From Clostridia bacterium (lineage in GTDB: Bacteria; Bacillota; Clostridia; RUG12999): a stretch of DNA of 64,000 nucleotides. The position numbers and the translations under genes were made by a program. The DNA is taken from contig JAFQMF010000013.1 in NCBI GenBank assembly GCA_017396395.1, positions 41,161 through 105,160 on the forward strand, given 5' to 3'. Position 1 is the stretch's first letter, and each line of letters starts with the position of its first letter. Shown here piece after piece: positions 1-9,550 of this stretch. The notes beneath the pieces are model-generated. The model saw only the letters and a program-made list of their open reading frames with translations, was not told the DNA's origin and did no database searches.

Positions 1-3
1 TAT

Positions 4-32
4 TGACTTTTTTTATTTTAGATGTTATAATT
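4..32 (+). promoter_or_regulatory. sigma-A type promoter upstream of thrS leader (TTGACT-17-TATAAT)
   Basis: TTGACT at 4-9, 17-nt spacer, TATAAT at 27-32, read directly from sequence. Confidence 0.5.
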
Positions 33-39
33 TACTTGT

Positions 40-288
40 ATTTTAATAAAAAGGCTATGACGGAAAGAGTAGCTTAGGATTCGCATTTAAAGAGAGAGAA
101 ACATTTGCTGGGAGTTTCTTAATGTGCCCTTAGTGAAGACCATTCCCGAGCTGCAGTGCCCAAAATTACAGTAAGTGCTGCCGTAGCACCCTGCGTTAAA
201 GGTGAAATTAAGTGAAATTCAAGGTGGAACCGTGCAAAAAGCACCCTTGTCTGCGGGATTATTCCCATATGACAAGGGTTTTTTATTT
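40..288 (+). promoter_or_regulatory. T-box riboswitch leader (Thr specifier ACC) with intrinsic terminator
   Basis: AGAGA-containing stem I region; GAAGACCATT specifier context gives ACC followed by a purine; T-box sequence AAGGTGGAACCGTGC at 222-236; terminator hairpin 244-278 followed by TTTTTTATTT; sits upstream of thrS. Confidence 0.75.
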
Positions 289-318
289 CGGCTGTCACCA
301 AAACAAGGAGTAGAGGAA

Positions 319-2082
319 ATGAAAATTATTTACAATGACGGACAGGTTATGGAATGTCCACAGGATCAAGAGCTTCATATTATTCGCCATACTGCTGCAC
401 ATATTATGGCACAAGCGATTAAAAGACTTTTCCCTGCAGCAGATTTTGCCTATGGCCCCGCTACAGAAAAAGGGTTTTATTATGATGTGGATTTTGGCGA
501 TGTTAAGCCCACTGACGAGGACCTTGTAAATATCGAAAAAGAAATGAAGAAAATCGTCAAAGAAAATCTTCCTATAAAATCATTTATTCTCCCTAGAGAA
601 GAAGCTATTGCTTTAATGGAAGAAAGAGGCGAAAAATATAAGGTTGAGCATATCGGTGACCTTGACCCTGACGCTAAAATCAGTTTTTATCAGCAGGGTG
701 AGTATATTGATATGTGTACAGGACCTCATCTTTGCTATACAAAGGCACTTAAGGCATTTAAAATTACTGGTCAGTCAGGTGCTTATTGGAAAAATGATAA
801 AAACAATACTATGCTTACCAGAATTAATGGTATTGCATTTCCCTCTCAGCAGGAGCTTGATGATTATCTTAAGCTTTTAGAGGAAGCTGAGAAAAGAGAC
901 CATCGTAAAATCGGTAAGGAAATGGGGCTGTTTATGATGGCAGACGAAGCTCCCGGTTTCCCCTTCTTCCTTCCAAAGGGTATGGCTTTGAAAAATGCTC
1001 TTATTGACTATTGGAGAAATATCCATACAAGAGAAAATTATGTGGAAGTTTCTACTCCACTTATTATGAACAGACATTTGTGGGAAACAAGCGGTCACTG
1101 GGACCATTACAAGGACAATATGTATTCCACACTTATTGACGAAGAAACCTACTGCGTAAAGCCTATGAACTGTCCCGGCGGTGTTATGGTATATGCTTCA
1201 AAGCCCCATAGCTATCGCGAGCTTCCTTTAAGAGTGGGCGAGCTTGGTCTTGTTCACCGTCACGAGCTTAGAGGTGCACTTCACGGTCTGTTCCGTGTTC
1301 GTTGCTTTACTCAGGATGATGCCCATATCTTTATGCGTCAGAGTCAGATCACAAATGAAATTGTAAATGTTGTACATCTTATAAATGAAGTTTATGAAAA
1401 GTTTGGCTTTAAGTATTTTGTTGAGCTTTCTACCCGTCCTGCGGACAGTATGGGAAGTGACGAGGATTGGGAAGCAGCAACAGAAGGTCTTAAAAATGCA
1501 CTTGAATCTCTTAACCTTCCCTATATTATAAATGAGGGTGACGGTGCATTCTACGGACCTAAAATTGACTTCCATTTAGAAGATTCTCTTGGAAGAACAT
1601 GGCAGTGCGGAACAATTCAGCTTGACTTCCAGATGCCTATAAACTTTGGTCTTGAATATGTGGACGAAAATGGAGAAAAGCAGCGTCCTATTATGATTCA
1701 CCGTGTATGCTTTGGCTCAATTGAACGCTTTATCGGTATTATTACAGAGCATTTTGCAGGTAAATTCCCTGTATGGCTTGCTCCTGTGCAGGCAAAGGTG
1801 CTATTGGTTTCCGAAAAGAGTGCTGATTATGCAAACGATATTTATGAGAAATTAAGAAATGCGGGAGTTCGTTGCGAGCTTGATGACAGAAATGAAAAAA
1901 TCGGTTATATGATTCGCGAAGCTCAGGTTGTGGACCGAGTTCCTTATATGCTTATTATCGGTCAGAGTGAAGTTGAAAACGGCAATATTTCCGTAAGAAA
2001 CAGAGATACTCTTGCAACTGAAACTATGACAATAGATGAGTTTATTGAAAAGATTACTAAGGAAATCAAGGAAAGAGTATAA
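319..2082 (+). CDS. thrS: threonine--tRNA ligase
   Basis: ORF 202-2082 translation has class II aaRS motifs and the ThrRS TGS/editing/catalytic/anticodon-binding order; start set at ATG 319 with AAGGAG RBS at 304-309, downstream of the T-box terminator. Confidence 0.93.
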   Translation: MKIIYNDGQVMECPQDQELHIIRHTAAHIMAQAIKRLFPAADFAYGPATEKGFYYDVDFGDVKPTDEDLVNIEKEMKKIVKENLPIKSFILPREEAIALMEERGEKYKVEHIGDLDPDAKISFYQQGEYIDMCTGPHLCYTKALKAFKITGQSGAYWKNDKNNTMLTRINGIAFPSQQELDDYLKLLEEAEKRDHRKIGKEMGLFMMADEAPGFPFFLPKGMALKNALIDYWRNIHTRENYVEVSTPLIMNRHLWETSGHWDHYKDNMYSTLIDEETYCVKPMNCPGGVMVYASKPHSYRELPLRVGELGLVHRHELRGALHGLFRVRCFTQDDAHIFMRQSQITNEIVNVVHLINEVYEKFGFKYFVELSTRPADSMGSDEDWEAATEGLKNALESLNLPYIINEGDGAFYGPKIDFHLEDSLGRTWQCGTIQLDFQMPINFGLEYVDENGEKQRPIMIHRVCFGSIERFIGIITEHFAGKFPVWLAPVQAKVLLVSEKSADYANDIYEKLRNAGVRCELDDRNEKIGYMIREAQVVDRVPYMLIIGQSEVENGNISVRNRDTLATETMTIDEFIEKITKEIKERV

Positions 2083-2083
2083 C

Positions 2084-2118
2084 AAAAAAAGCGGAGTTTT
2101 TTTAAAACTCCGCTTTCA
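2084..2118. terminator. bidirectional rho-independent terminator between thrS and mscL
   Basis: GCGGAGTTTTTTTAAAACTCCGC hairpin flanked by an A-run and a T-run. Confidence 0.8.
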
Positions 2119-2130
2119 TTATTATGTGAT

Positions 2131-2544
2131 TTATTTATTTTTTAAAATATCACGGATTTCTGTAAGTAAAACCTCTTCTTTTGAAGGCTCAGGTATTACT
2201 TCAACTACAGTCTCAGGTTCACTCTCTTTTTTCTTATGTAGTTTTGAAAGAAGCTTAATTACAATAAAAATGCTAAGTGCAATAATTACAAAATCCACAA
2301 TATTCTGCAAGAACATACCATATTTAAGCATAATTGGATTTTCAGGGTCTGCTGTGCTTAATGTGTATGCCATTTCAGACAAATTAACTTTTCCTGTAAT
2401 AAGGCTGATTGCAGGCATAATAATGTCCCCAACAAGTGATGTTACGATTTTACCGAAAGCACCACCGATAACAACACCTACAGCCATATCCACTACGTTG
2501 CCTTTCATAGCAAAGGCTTTAAATTCTTCAAAGAACTTTTTCAT
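2131..2544 (-). CDS. mscL: large-conductance mechanosensitive channel MscL
   Basis: [35 protein letters not shown]-terminus typical of MscL; start moved to internal ATG (2544) with AAGGAGAA RBS. Confidence 0.88.
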   Translation of the reverse strand: MKKFFEEFKAFAMKGNVVDMAVGVVIGGAFGKIVTSLVGDIIMPAISLITGKVNLSEMAYTLSTADPENPIMLKYGMFLQNIVDFVIIALSIFIVIKLLSKLHKKKESEPETVVEVIPEPSKEEVLLTEIRDILKNK

Positions 2545-2560
2545 TTGTATATTTCTCCTT

Positions 2561-3400
2561 TTAAATACTAATTTTTTCTGTATGGTCACCTGTAACCTTA
2601 ATATAAATATGTTCTACAACATCACCTTTTTCGTTAGTATGAATAAATTCCAGAATTCCGTTTCCGGGATTTTCGATACCTTCGGGCGTAAACAAGGTGC
2701 GGTATGTGTGGAACACATCTTTATGCTTTTTTTCAGTACTGCCTATCCAGTCAGGATAATCTAAAAAGTATCTGTTTACAGAACTATAAGCAGTATCGGA
2801 AATAGGAAGCATTTCCACAGAATCCTCTTCTTGTGCAAACTGAAAGTCAACAGAAATCATATTATCCTGTTCAATTTTTCTTTCTTCCATATTGAAAAGT
2901 ATTTCTCTGTTATTATTCATTACCGTATGCCCGTTTTCAATACCAGGCATATTATCCTGAATAAATTTTGCTTTATCTGCCGGAAGATTTATATCTCTGG
3001 ATGATTTATAACCCATTACTGTAAATTTACCCTCTTTTTCCTGTAATGTTATTACAACACCATAGGGAGGGTATCCGTCTGACCGAGTGAGCTTTCCGTT
3101 GATAAAGGAATATCCACCAATAGAAGCAAGAAGATAAAAAATATGCTTGTCCCCTTTAACTTCCGTATTTGCAATTTCCTTATAAGCTGCCACTACTGCA
3201 CGACAATTTTCGCCTACTATGCCATAAGATTCTGCCATAATTGCATTATATATTACACTGTCGGTATCTGCACTGTCATACAATACTCCCTTTACAGGAA
3301 TATTATATATACCTAAGTTCTTTTGTGTGCAGGAACAAAAACATAGCATTAGAGAAGCACAAAGTATAGCATTTATAAACTTATTAATATGTTTTTTCAT
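2561..3400 (-). CDS. secreted/lipoprotein-like hypothetical protein
   Basis: N-terminal signal peptide ending in a Cys cluster ([11 protein letters not shown]); no recognisable catalytic motif. Confidence 0.65.
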   Translation of the reverse strand: MKKHINKFINAILCASLMLCFCSCTQKNLGIYNIPVKGVLYDSADTDSVIYNAIMAESYGIVGENCRAVVAAYKEIANTEVKGDKHIFYLLASIGGYSFINGKLTRSDGYPPYGVVITLQEKEGKFTVMGYKSSRDINLPADKAKFIQDNMPGIENGHTVMNNNREILFNMEERKIEQDNMISVDFQFAQEEDSVEMLPISDTAYSSVNRYFLDYPDWIGSTEKKHKDVFHTYRTLFTPEGIENPGNGILEFIHTNEKGDVVEHIYIKVTGDHTEKISI

Positions 3401-3413
3401 TTGTCTTCCCCTC

Positions 3414-3845
3414 TTACAGCAAAAAGCTTTCCATTTCCCTTTTTTCTCTTTTTTCCTCTCTTGGTTTTTCTACAGGTGTTTCATCCAGTACCTCTACCTC
3501 CAGTTCAGGCTCGGATATTTCTATACCCAGATGCTTGGCAGTATAGAAATTTCCCCAATTTGCCATTGCATTAATAACAGGACGCAGAGTCTCACCTGTT
3601 TTAGTGAGAGAATATTCAACCTTTGGAGGTACCTGAGCATATACTTTTCTTTTTACAAGGCCTGTTTCCTCAAGCTCTCTCAAATTTTGTGCAAGAACCT
3701 TCTGGGTTACAGTTGCAAGACCTGTTTTAATTTCTCCAAACCTTTTTGTGCCCTCAAGCAGTTCGCGGATAATAAGAAACTTCCACTTGCTTCCCACCAT
3801 TGAAAGTGTTGTTTCAACTGCTCCTACAGGTAATTTCTTTTTCAT
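3414..3845 (-). CDS. HxlR-family (MarR-like winged helix) transcriptional regulator with EK-rich C-terminal tail
   Basis: SMVGSKWKFLIIRELLEGTKRFGEI...YSLTKTGETL matches the HxlR fold pattern. Confidence 0.8.
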   Translation of the reverse strand: MKKKLPVGAVETTLSMVGSKWKFLIIRELLEGTKRFGEIKTGLATVTQKVLAQNLRELEETGLVKRKVYAQVPPKVEYSLTKTGETLRPVINAMANWGNFYTAKHLGIEISEPELEVEVLDETPVEKPREEKREKREMESFLL

Positions 3846-3919
3846 AAAATTCCTCCTTTCTTACTGTAATTTTGCTTCTTAGTTTCTATTATATACTAAC
3901 TTACCCGAAAAATCAATAG

Positions 3920-5803
3920 TTATTTTCCATATTTTAATATTTTAAGACTATTTAATATTGCAATAAGGCAAACTCCCACATCTGCAAAAACTCCAGTCCA
4001 CATTCCCGCTACACCAAATATTCCTAAAACAAGCATCAAAACCTTAACTCCTAATGCAAATATAATATTTTCCTTTGCGGTTTTAAGAGTCTTTCTTGCA
4101 ATCTTTATAGCCAAAATCAATTTTTCAGGATTTTCACCCATAATTACAACATCTGCCATCTGAGATGCTGCCATTGAGCCTTTTCCCATAGCAATACCTG
4201 TATCAGCCGCAGCAATCGCAGGAGTATCGTTTATGCCATCACCCACAAAAATAACTTTTCCCTTATCTTTTTCTTCTTCTACATATTTTACCTTGTCCTG
4301 TGGTGTAAGAGAAGAAAATATCTTATCAATTCCTGCCTCTTTTCCCACGTTAATACAAGCTTCTTTTTTATCTCCGCTTAACATTACGGTTTTATTTATG
4401 CCTATTTTCTTTAATTTTTCCGAAATACCAATACTGCCTTCTTTTACTAAGTCACTAAAAACTATATAACCTAAAAATTTTCCGTCTAAAGCTACATACA
4501 CACAAGTGCCCTCATTTTCCGCCTCTTTATATGTGATGTTTTCCTCCTGTAAAAGTGCTTTATTTCCCGCTATAATTTTTTGCCCCTCAAAGCTTGCAAT
4601 AATCCCTTTTCCCGGAATTTCTTTAAAGTCCTGTATTTTTTCTTTTTCAATATCCTTGCCGTATTTTTCGATTATTGCATTAGCCAAAGGATGATTGGAC
4701 ATACTTTCTGCCAGGGCAGAATTTTTCAAAAGTTCCTCTTTTTTTATTTCAGAATAAATTATGCTTACCTTAAATTTACCATTGGTAAGTGTACCTGTTT
4801 TATCGAAAATAACTGTCTTTGCCTCTGATAAAGCATCAAAGGTATTTCCTCCCTTAACTAATATTCCAAGCTTTGATGCTCTTCCTATTCCTCCAAAAAA
4901 TGTAAGAGGAATAGAAATTACAAGAGCACAGGGACAGGACATTACAAGAAACACAAGTCCTTTGTAAATCCAGCTTTTAAAGTCTCCGATAAATATAGGA
5001 ATTACAAAAGCTATAATAAATGCTATTATTGTAACTATAGGCGTGTATCTGACAGAAAATCTGGTTATAAATTTTTCTGCTTTTGCTTTTTTCTCAGAAG
5101 CATTTTCCGCCATATCAATAATTTTTTTAACTGTAGAATTTTTATATTCTCCCGTAACTTTAATTTCAACACCGCCGGATAAATTAATATACCCGCTTAT
5201 TGCCTCATCCTTATATTGTACAGCTTTTGGCATAGCTTCTCCTGTTATAGCTGAAGTATCAAAGCTACTGGTACCTTTTATAATAACACCGTCAAGAGGC
5301 ACTCTTTCGCCTGGCTTTACAAGTATTATATCCCCTATTTTAACACTTTGGGGAGAAACTTTTATATAATCATTTTCCTTTTTTAAATTCGCGTATTCAG
5401 GGTTTAAATCAAGAAGTGCTGATATTGATTTACGGGATTTATCAACAGCATTATGCTGAAGTGCTTCCCCAATTTTATAAAGAAGCATAACAGCAATACC
5501 CTCTACATACTCTCCGATTATAATTGCACCCAAAGATGCTATAGACATAAGAAAATTTTCATCAAATATTTTTCCTTTTAAAATGCCTTTTACAGAATTT
5601 ATAATAACACTTCCCCCTGCAAGAAAATATGCTATTACAAAAACTCCTATATGAAAAAAGGAAAAAGACATATTTTTTTCAAATAAAAGCCCAACTACAA
5701 CAAGCAAGGCACTTAAAATCATAAAAATTTCATCCCATTTTCCATCATTATTATGGTGGTGATGGTGATGATGCTCATTACAGCAATTATTGTGATTTCC
5801 CAT
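3920..5803 (-). CDS. heavy-metal-translocating P1B-type ATPase (Zn/Cd/Pb-type, CPC motif) with His-rich N-terminus
   Basis: N-terminal NCCNEHHHHHHHNND; TM6 SCPCALVIS; DKTGTLT phosphorylation motif; GDGINDTPAIAAADTGIAMG hinge; no GMTCxxC HMA domain seen. Confidence 0.9.
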   Translation of the reverse strand: MGNHNNCCNEHHHHHHHNNDGKWDEIFMILSALLVVVGLLFEKNMSFSFFHIGVFVIAYFLAGGSVIINSVKGILKGKIFDENFLMSIASLGAIIIGEYVEGIAVMLLYKIGEALQHNAVDKSRKSISALLDLNPEYANLKKENDYIKVSPQSVKIGDIILVKPGERVPLDGVIIKGTSSFDTSAITGEAMPKAVQYKDEAISGYINLSGGVEIKVTGEYKNSTVKKIIDMAENASEKKAKAEKFITRFSVRYTPIVTIIAFIIAFVIPIFIGDFKSWIYKGLVFLVMSCPCALVISIPLTFFGGIGRASKLGILVKGGNTFDALSEAKTVIFDKTGTLTNGKFKVSIIYSEIKKEELLKNSALAESMSNHPLANAIIEKYGKDIEKEKIQDFKEIPGKGIIASFEGQKIIAGNKALLQEENITYKEAENEGTCVYVALDGKFLGYIVFSDLVKEGSIGISEKLKKIGINKTVMLSGDKKEACINVGKEAGIDKIFSSLTPQDKVKYVEEEKDKGKVIFVGDGINDTPAIAAADTGIAMGKGSMAASQMADVVIMGENPEKLILAIKIARKTLKTAKENIIFALGVKVLMLVLGIFGVAGMWTGVFADVGVCLIAILNSLKILKYGK

Positions 5804-5806
5804 AGC

Positions 5807-6151
5807 CTACTCCTTTTCGCAAATATGCTTATATCCTTGTTCAAAAATATTTTTAATATGCTTGTCCGCAAGAGCATAATAAATCTCCTTGCCCTCTCTT
5901 CTTGAAGTGACAAGGCGTGCATCTTTTAATGTTTTTAGTTGATGTGAAATGGCAGATTGTGTCATATTCAGAAGCTGGGCTATATGATTTACACACAGCT
6001 CACTTTCAAAAAGACCGTAAATAATTTTAATTCTTGTACAATCCCCAAAAACTTTAAACAAATCTGCCACGTCATATAATTTTTCTTCACAAGGCATTTT
6101 TTCAGATATTTCCAGTATAGACTTATGCTTGCATACATTTTCTTTTGTCAT
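5807..6151 (-). CDS. ArsR/SmtB-family metalloregulator (CadC/CzrA-like)
   Basis: HTH segment LCVNHIAQLLNMTQSAISHQLKTLKDARLV; Cys pairs at N-terminus and helix alpha-4; stop lies 4 bp before the ATPase start (operon). Confidence 0.85.
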   Translation of the reverse strand: MTKENVCKHKSILEISEKMPCEEKLYDVADLFKVFGDCTRIKIIYGLFESELCVNHIAQLLNMTQSAISHQLKTLKDARLVTSRREGKEIYYALADKHIKNIFEQGYKHICEKE

Positions 6152-6159
6152 ATTATTCT

Positions 6160-6210
6160 CCTTTCATATGAGCGTTTATTCATATGAATATTTTATCATA
6201 TGTTTTTCCT
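6160..6210. promoter_or_regulatory. candidate ArsR-family operator (repeated TCATATGA palindromes) in the promoter of the metal-efflux operon
   Basis: TCATATGAGCGTTTATTCATATGAATATTTTATCATATG lies immediately upstream of the regulator gene; the 12-bp ATTCATATGAAT palindrome is seen directly. Confidence 0.35.
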
Positions 6211-6214
6211 GCGG

Positions 6215-6985
6215 TCAAGTTTTTCTGCAAAAAAACTCTCCCTTTTCGTCTGTTCCTGCCATTACGCAGTAAAACATATCCTGTGCCACTCCATCTGAAG
6301 CAACTGAAAAAGCATATTGCTTGCAGTTGTCAAAGGGATTTTCTTCATTTTTTAAGGAAGGAATGGCAATTAAAAACCGAGTTTGCTTCTCTTCTGTTTT
6401 TTTGCCGAAAATATAATAACCGTAAGAGGTAATTCTTTGGTGCACTCCATTACAACCTAAAATGTATTCCAATATTTTACTTTTTTCCTTCAGGTAATAA
6501 CCGCCTATTTTTTCCGTGTGAAATCCTTTGCATATCATTAATAGTTTATCCTCAGCAGTATTTAAATACTCTTTTACATATTCCGGTTTTTCTTCAGTTA
6601 TATTTTCTTTTTTCATATCCTTTTTCGCAGATGAGGGTTCGGCAAGTCCCTTTGTAAAAAAATCTTGAGTTTCTGAAATTTTTCCTTCCTCCGCACAGCA
6701 GCAACAAATTTCCTCACTCCTGTCATCTTTTTTTGTAACCACAATTCCAAGAGGTGCTCCAAACTCTTTAAAATCAAAAATTCCCCTGTGGTCATCCAGT
6801 ACTCCTAAATAATGATTTTGCTCATTTTTATAACAAAGGGCGTAAGCCTTAAAAACCTCGCCTTCCTTTAAAGGTATTGAACCCTCTATAGTAATATCCG
6901 CTATAATACCCTTTCCACCGGGGATAAGCTTAACTGCACCGCATACTTTTTCCCCATTTAAAAGAATTAAATATTCTTTTTGCAT
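6215..6985 (-). CDS. hypothetical protein (CCCC motif), co-transcribed downstream of cwlD-like amidase
   Basis: ORF with AGGAGG RBS 6 nt upstream; stop of the upstream amidase lies 10 bp away; no recognised domain. Confidence 0.6.
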   Translation of the reverse strand: MQKEYLILLNGEKVCGAVKLIPGGKGIIADITIEGSIPLKEGEVFKAYALCYKNEQNHYLGVLDDHRGIFDFKEFGAPLGIVVTKKDDRSEEICCCCAEEGKISETQDFFTKGLAEPSSAKKDMKKENITEEKPEYVKEYLNTAEDKLLMICKGFHTEKIGGYYLKEKSKILEYILGCNGVHQRITSYGYYIFGKKTEEKQTRFLIAIPSLKNEENPFDNCKQYAFSVASDGVAQDMFYCVMAGTDEKGEFFCRKT

Positions 6986-6994
6986 AAAATCCTC

Positions 6995-7702
6995 CTAAAC
7001 TGTAAAATATTTAATTATTCCGCAGTATATTGCAAAAGCAAGCTTTTGCTGATAATTCTCGTCTGAAAGAAGCTTTTCCTCCTGCTCATTTGATAAAAAA
7101 CCGCACTCTGCCACAATAGATGGAATAGTTGCTCCTGACAGAATGTAAATACCATTATTTGCATCCTTTACCTCACGGGTGTTTTCAGGGTCAATCTGAC
7201 TCTTAAGCTCTCCCTGAACACATTTTGCAAGCTTTTGCGACTCAGGGCTGTCACTGGCATAAAATACCTGAGCTCCTTTATACTTAGGGTCTGTATATGT
7301 ATTCATATGAATACTTACAAAAATATCACCCTGATACTTTTCAGAAATTTTTTTCCTGTTGTCAAGGTCACTTATTTTTCTGTTGCCTTCCTTTTCTTCC
7401 CCAGGAGTATGCAGAGAAATATCCTCTGTCCTGGAGGTTATAACAGTGCAGCCGCTTTGCTCTAAAAGTGCCTGCAATTTTGTTGCTACCTTTAAATTTA
7501 TATCTTTTTCCACAATTCCCGATTTTCCCGATGCTCCCCCGTCTTCTCCTCCGTGCCCTGCATCTAAAATAACTACTTTGTTTGCAGCAGGAAGGGCAGA
7601 TGTTTGCAAAGATTCATCACTTGAAGCTATATTTACCCCGCCTATCAGCATAAGAAAAGCCATAAGTGTAAATATTGCTTTTTTTCTTAATACAATTACC
7701 AT
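6995..7702 (-). CDS. cwlD: N-acetylmuramoyl-L-alanine amidase, CwlD-like (spore cortex muramic-lactam formation)
   Basis: Amidase_3 motifs VVILDAGHGGEDGGASG, FVSIHMN and ECGFLSN; signal/anchor N-terminus; size and motifs match CwlD. Confidence 0.8.
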   Translation of the reverse strand: MVIVLRKKAIFTLMAFLMLIGGVNIASSDESLQTSALPAANKVVILDAGHGGEDGGASGKSGIVEKDINLKVATKLQALLEQSGCTVITSRTEDISLHTPGEEKEGNRKISDLDNRKKISEKYQGDIFVSIHMNTYTDPKYKGAQVFYASDSPESQKLAKCVQGELKSQIDPENTREVKDANNGIYILSGATIPSIVAECGFLSNEQEEKLLSDENYQQKLAFAIYCGIIKYFTV

Positions 7703-7788
7703 ATTTTATTCCTCCTGATTTAAAGGATAATATTTCTTGTAAAATTTATTCTCTGCACAGTATAAATATTACATCTGGGTTGTATTTC

Positions 7789-7817
7789 TTGACAAAAAGC
7801 AACTAAAATGTTATAAT
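7789..7817 (+). promoter_or_regulatory. sigma-A type promoter for leuA (TTGACA-17-TATAAT)
   Basis: exact consensus hexamers read from sequence. Confidence 0.55.
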
Positions 7818-7860
7818 TTTTTCAGGTATATCCATTTTTATAGTTGGAAGGGTAATAATT

Positions 7861-9519
7861 ATGAAAAATGCAGAAAAATATCAAAGACAATATTTTAATC
7901 CGCCTGTAAACGAGTACAATTGGACAAAAAAAGAATTTATTGATAAAGCTCCCATATGGTGCTCAGTTGACCTTCGTGACGGCAATCAGGCACTTATTAT
8001 TCCTATGTCTCTTGAAAAGAAGCTGGAATTTTTTAAGCTTCTAGTTAAAATTGGATTTAAAGAAATTGAGGTGGGCTTTCCTGCCGCTTCCGAAACTGAA
8101 TATACTTTTTTGCGTACTTTAATAGATAACAACTTAATTCCCGACGATGTTACTATTCAGGTGCTTACTCAATCAAGGGAACATATAATTAAAAAGACTT
8201 TCGAGGCACTTAAGGGTATAAAAAAAGCCATTGTTCACGTTATAAATCCCACTTCATATGTTCAGCGTAATCAGGTTTTTAAAGCTACCAAAGTAGAAAC
8301 TGTTTCTGTTGCTCGCGAAGGTGCAAGACTTTGTATGGAATATGCCAAAAAGCACACAGGTGATATTCGTTTTCAGTATTCTCCCGAATCCTTTACAGGT
8401 ACTGAGCCTGAATTTGCACTTCGTGCAATTAATGAGGTTTTAGAGGTATGGAAACCAACTCCCGAAAAAAAGGCAATAATAAACCTTCCTGTAACAGTTG
8501 AGCTTTCACTTCCTCATATATATGCAAATCAGGTAGAATACATATGTGAAAATATAAACTATCGTGACAGTGTAATAATATCACTTCATCCCCATAATGA
8601 CAGAGGCTGCAGTGTGGCAGACGCAGAGCTTGGACTTCTTGCAGGTGCTGACAGGGTAGAAGGTACTCTTTTTGGTAATGGTGAACGTACAGGTAATGTG
8701 GATATAGTTACACTTGCTCTTAATATGTATTGTCACGGTGTAGATCCACTGCTTGATTTTTCCAATTTGCCTGAAATTGCAAAAATATATGAGGAGCAAA
8801 CAGGCAGACCTATATATGACAGACAGCCTTATGCCGGAGAGCTTGTATTTGCGGCTTTTTCAGGTTCACATCAGGATGCTATTACCAAAAGTCTTAAATG
8901 GCATAACAGAAATAAACCTGACCATTGGAGCGTGCCCTATCTTCCCCTTAATCCCAGTGATATTGGCAGAGAATATGAATCGGATGTTATTCGTATCAAC
9001 TCTCAGTCCGGCAAGGGTGGCATAGGATATCTTCTGGAAACAGGTTTTGGATATGTACTTCCCGCTAAAATGCGTGAAGATGTAAGCTATAAGGTGAAAA
9101 GTGTTTCGGACAAAAAACGAGCAGAACTGCTTCCAACAGATGTGCTTGACATTTTCACCAGGTATTATATTAATATAGAAACCCCATACAAGCTTATTGA
9201 TTTCCATCATATCCGTGACGGCAAAGTAACTGCTGTAGTTACACTGGAGGACCACGGACAGCTTCGTGAAATAACGGGTACAGGTAACGGACGACTTGAC
9301 TCAGTAAGTAATGCTATCAAAACCCATCTTGGTATAGATTTTTCTGACCTTACCTATCAGGAACACGCCCTTTCTACAGGCTCCTCCTCACAGGCGGTTA
9401 CATATCTTAGTATTACTCTTCCCGACGGCAGTGTAAGCTGGGGTGCAGGAGTGCATGACGATATTATTACATCTTCTGTACTTGCTCTGTTCTCTGCAAT
9501 TAACCGAACACAAAAATAG
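7861..9519 (+). CDS. leuA: 2-isopropylmalate synthase (long form with C-terminal regulatory domain)
   Basis: DLRDGNQA, HPHNDRG and LFGNGERTGN motifs of the HMGL-like TIM barrel, plus a LeuA-dimer C-terminal region. Confidence 0.88.
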   Translation: MKNAEKYQRQYFNPPVNEYNWTKKEFIDKAPIWCSVDLRDGNQALIIPMSLEKKLEFFKLLVKIGFKEIEVGFPAASETEYTFLRTLIDNNLIPDDVTIQVLTQSREHIIKKTFEALKGIKKAIVHVINPTSYVQRNQVFKATKVETVSVAREGARLCMEYAKKHTGDIRFQYSPESFTGTEPEFALRAINEVLEVWKPTPEKKAIINLPVTVELSLPHIYANQVEYICENINYRDSVIISLHPHNDRGCSVADAELGLLAGADRVEGTLFGNGERTGNVDIVTLALNMYCHGVDPLLDFSNLPEIAKIYEEQTGRPIYDRQPYAGELVFAAFSGSHQDAITKSLKWHNRNKPDHWSVPYLPLNPSDIGREYESDVIRINSQSGKGGIGYLLETGFGYVLPAKMREDVSYKVKSVSDKKRAELLPTDVLDIFTRYYINIETPYKLIDFHHIRDGKVTAVVTLEDHGQLREITGTGNGRLDSVSNAIKTHLGIDFSDLTYQEHALSTGSSSQAVTYLSITLPDGSVSWGAGVHDDIITSSVLALFSAINRTQK

Positions 9520-9550
9520 AACAACTACCAAACTTAAAAGGAGGGATCTT

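Noticed and set aside
2036-2764. 242-aa plus-strand ORF across the thrS terminator and antisense to mscL
   Set aside because: It crosses a strong bidirectional terminator and lies antisense to a well-conserved mscL. The translation is hydrophobic low-complexity without motifs.
4233-5369. Several 60-110-aa plus-strand ORFs inside the P1B-ATPase gene
   Set aside because: They are antisense to a CDS with unambiguous P-type ATPase motifs and have no independent start signals.
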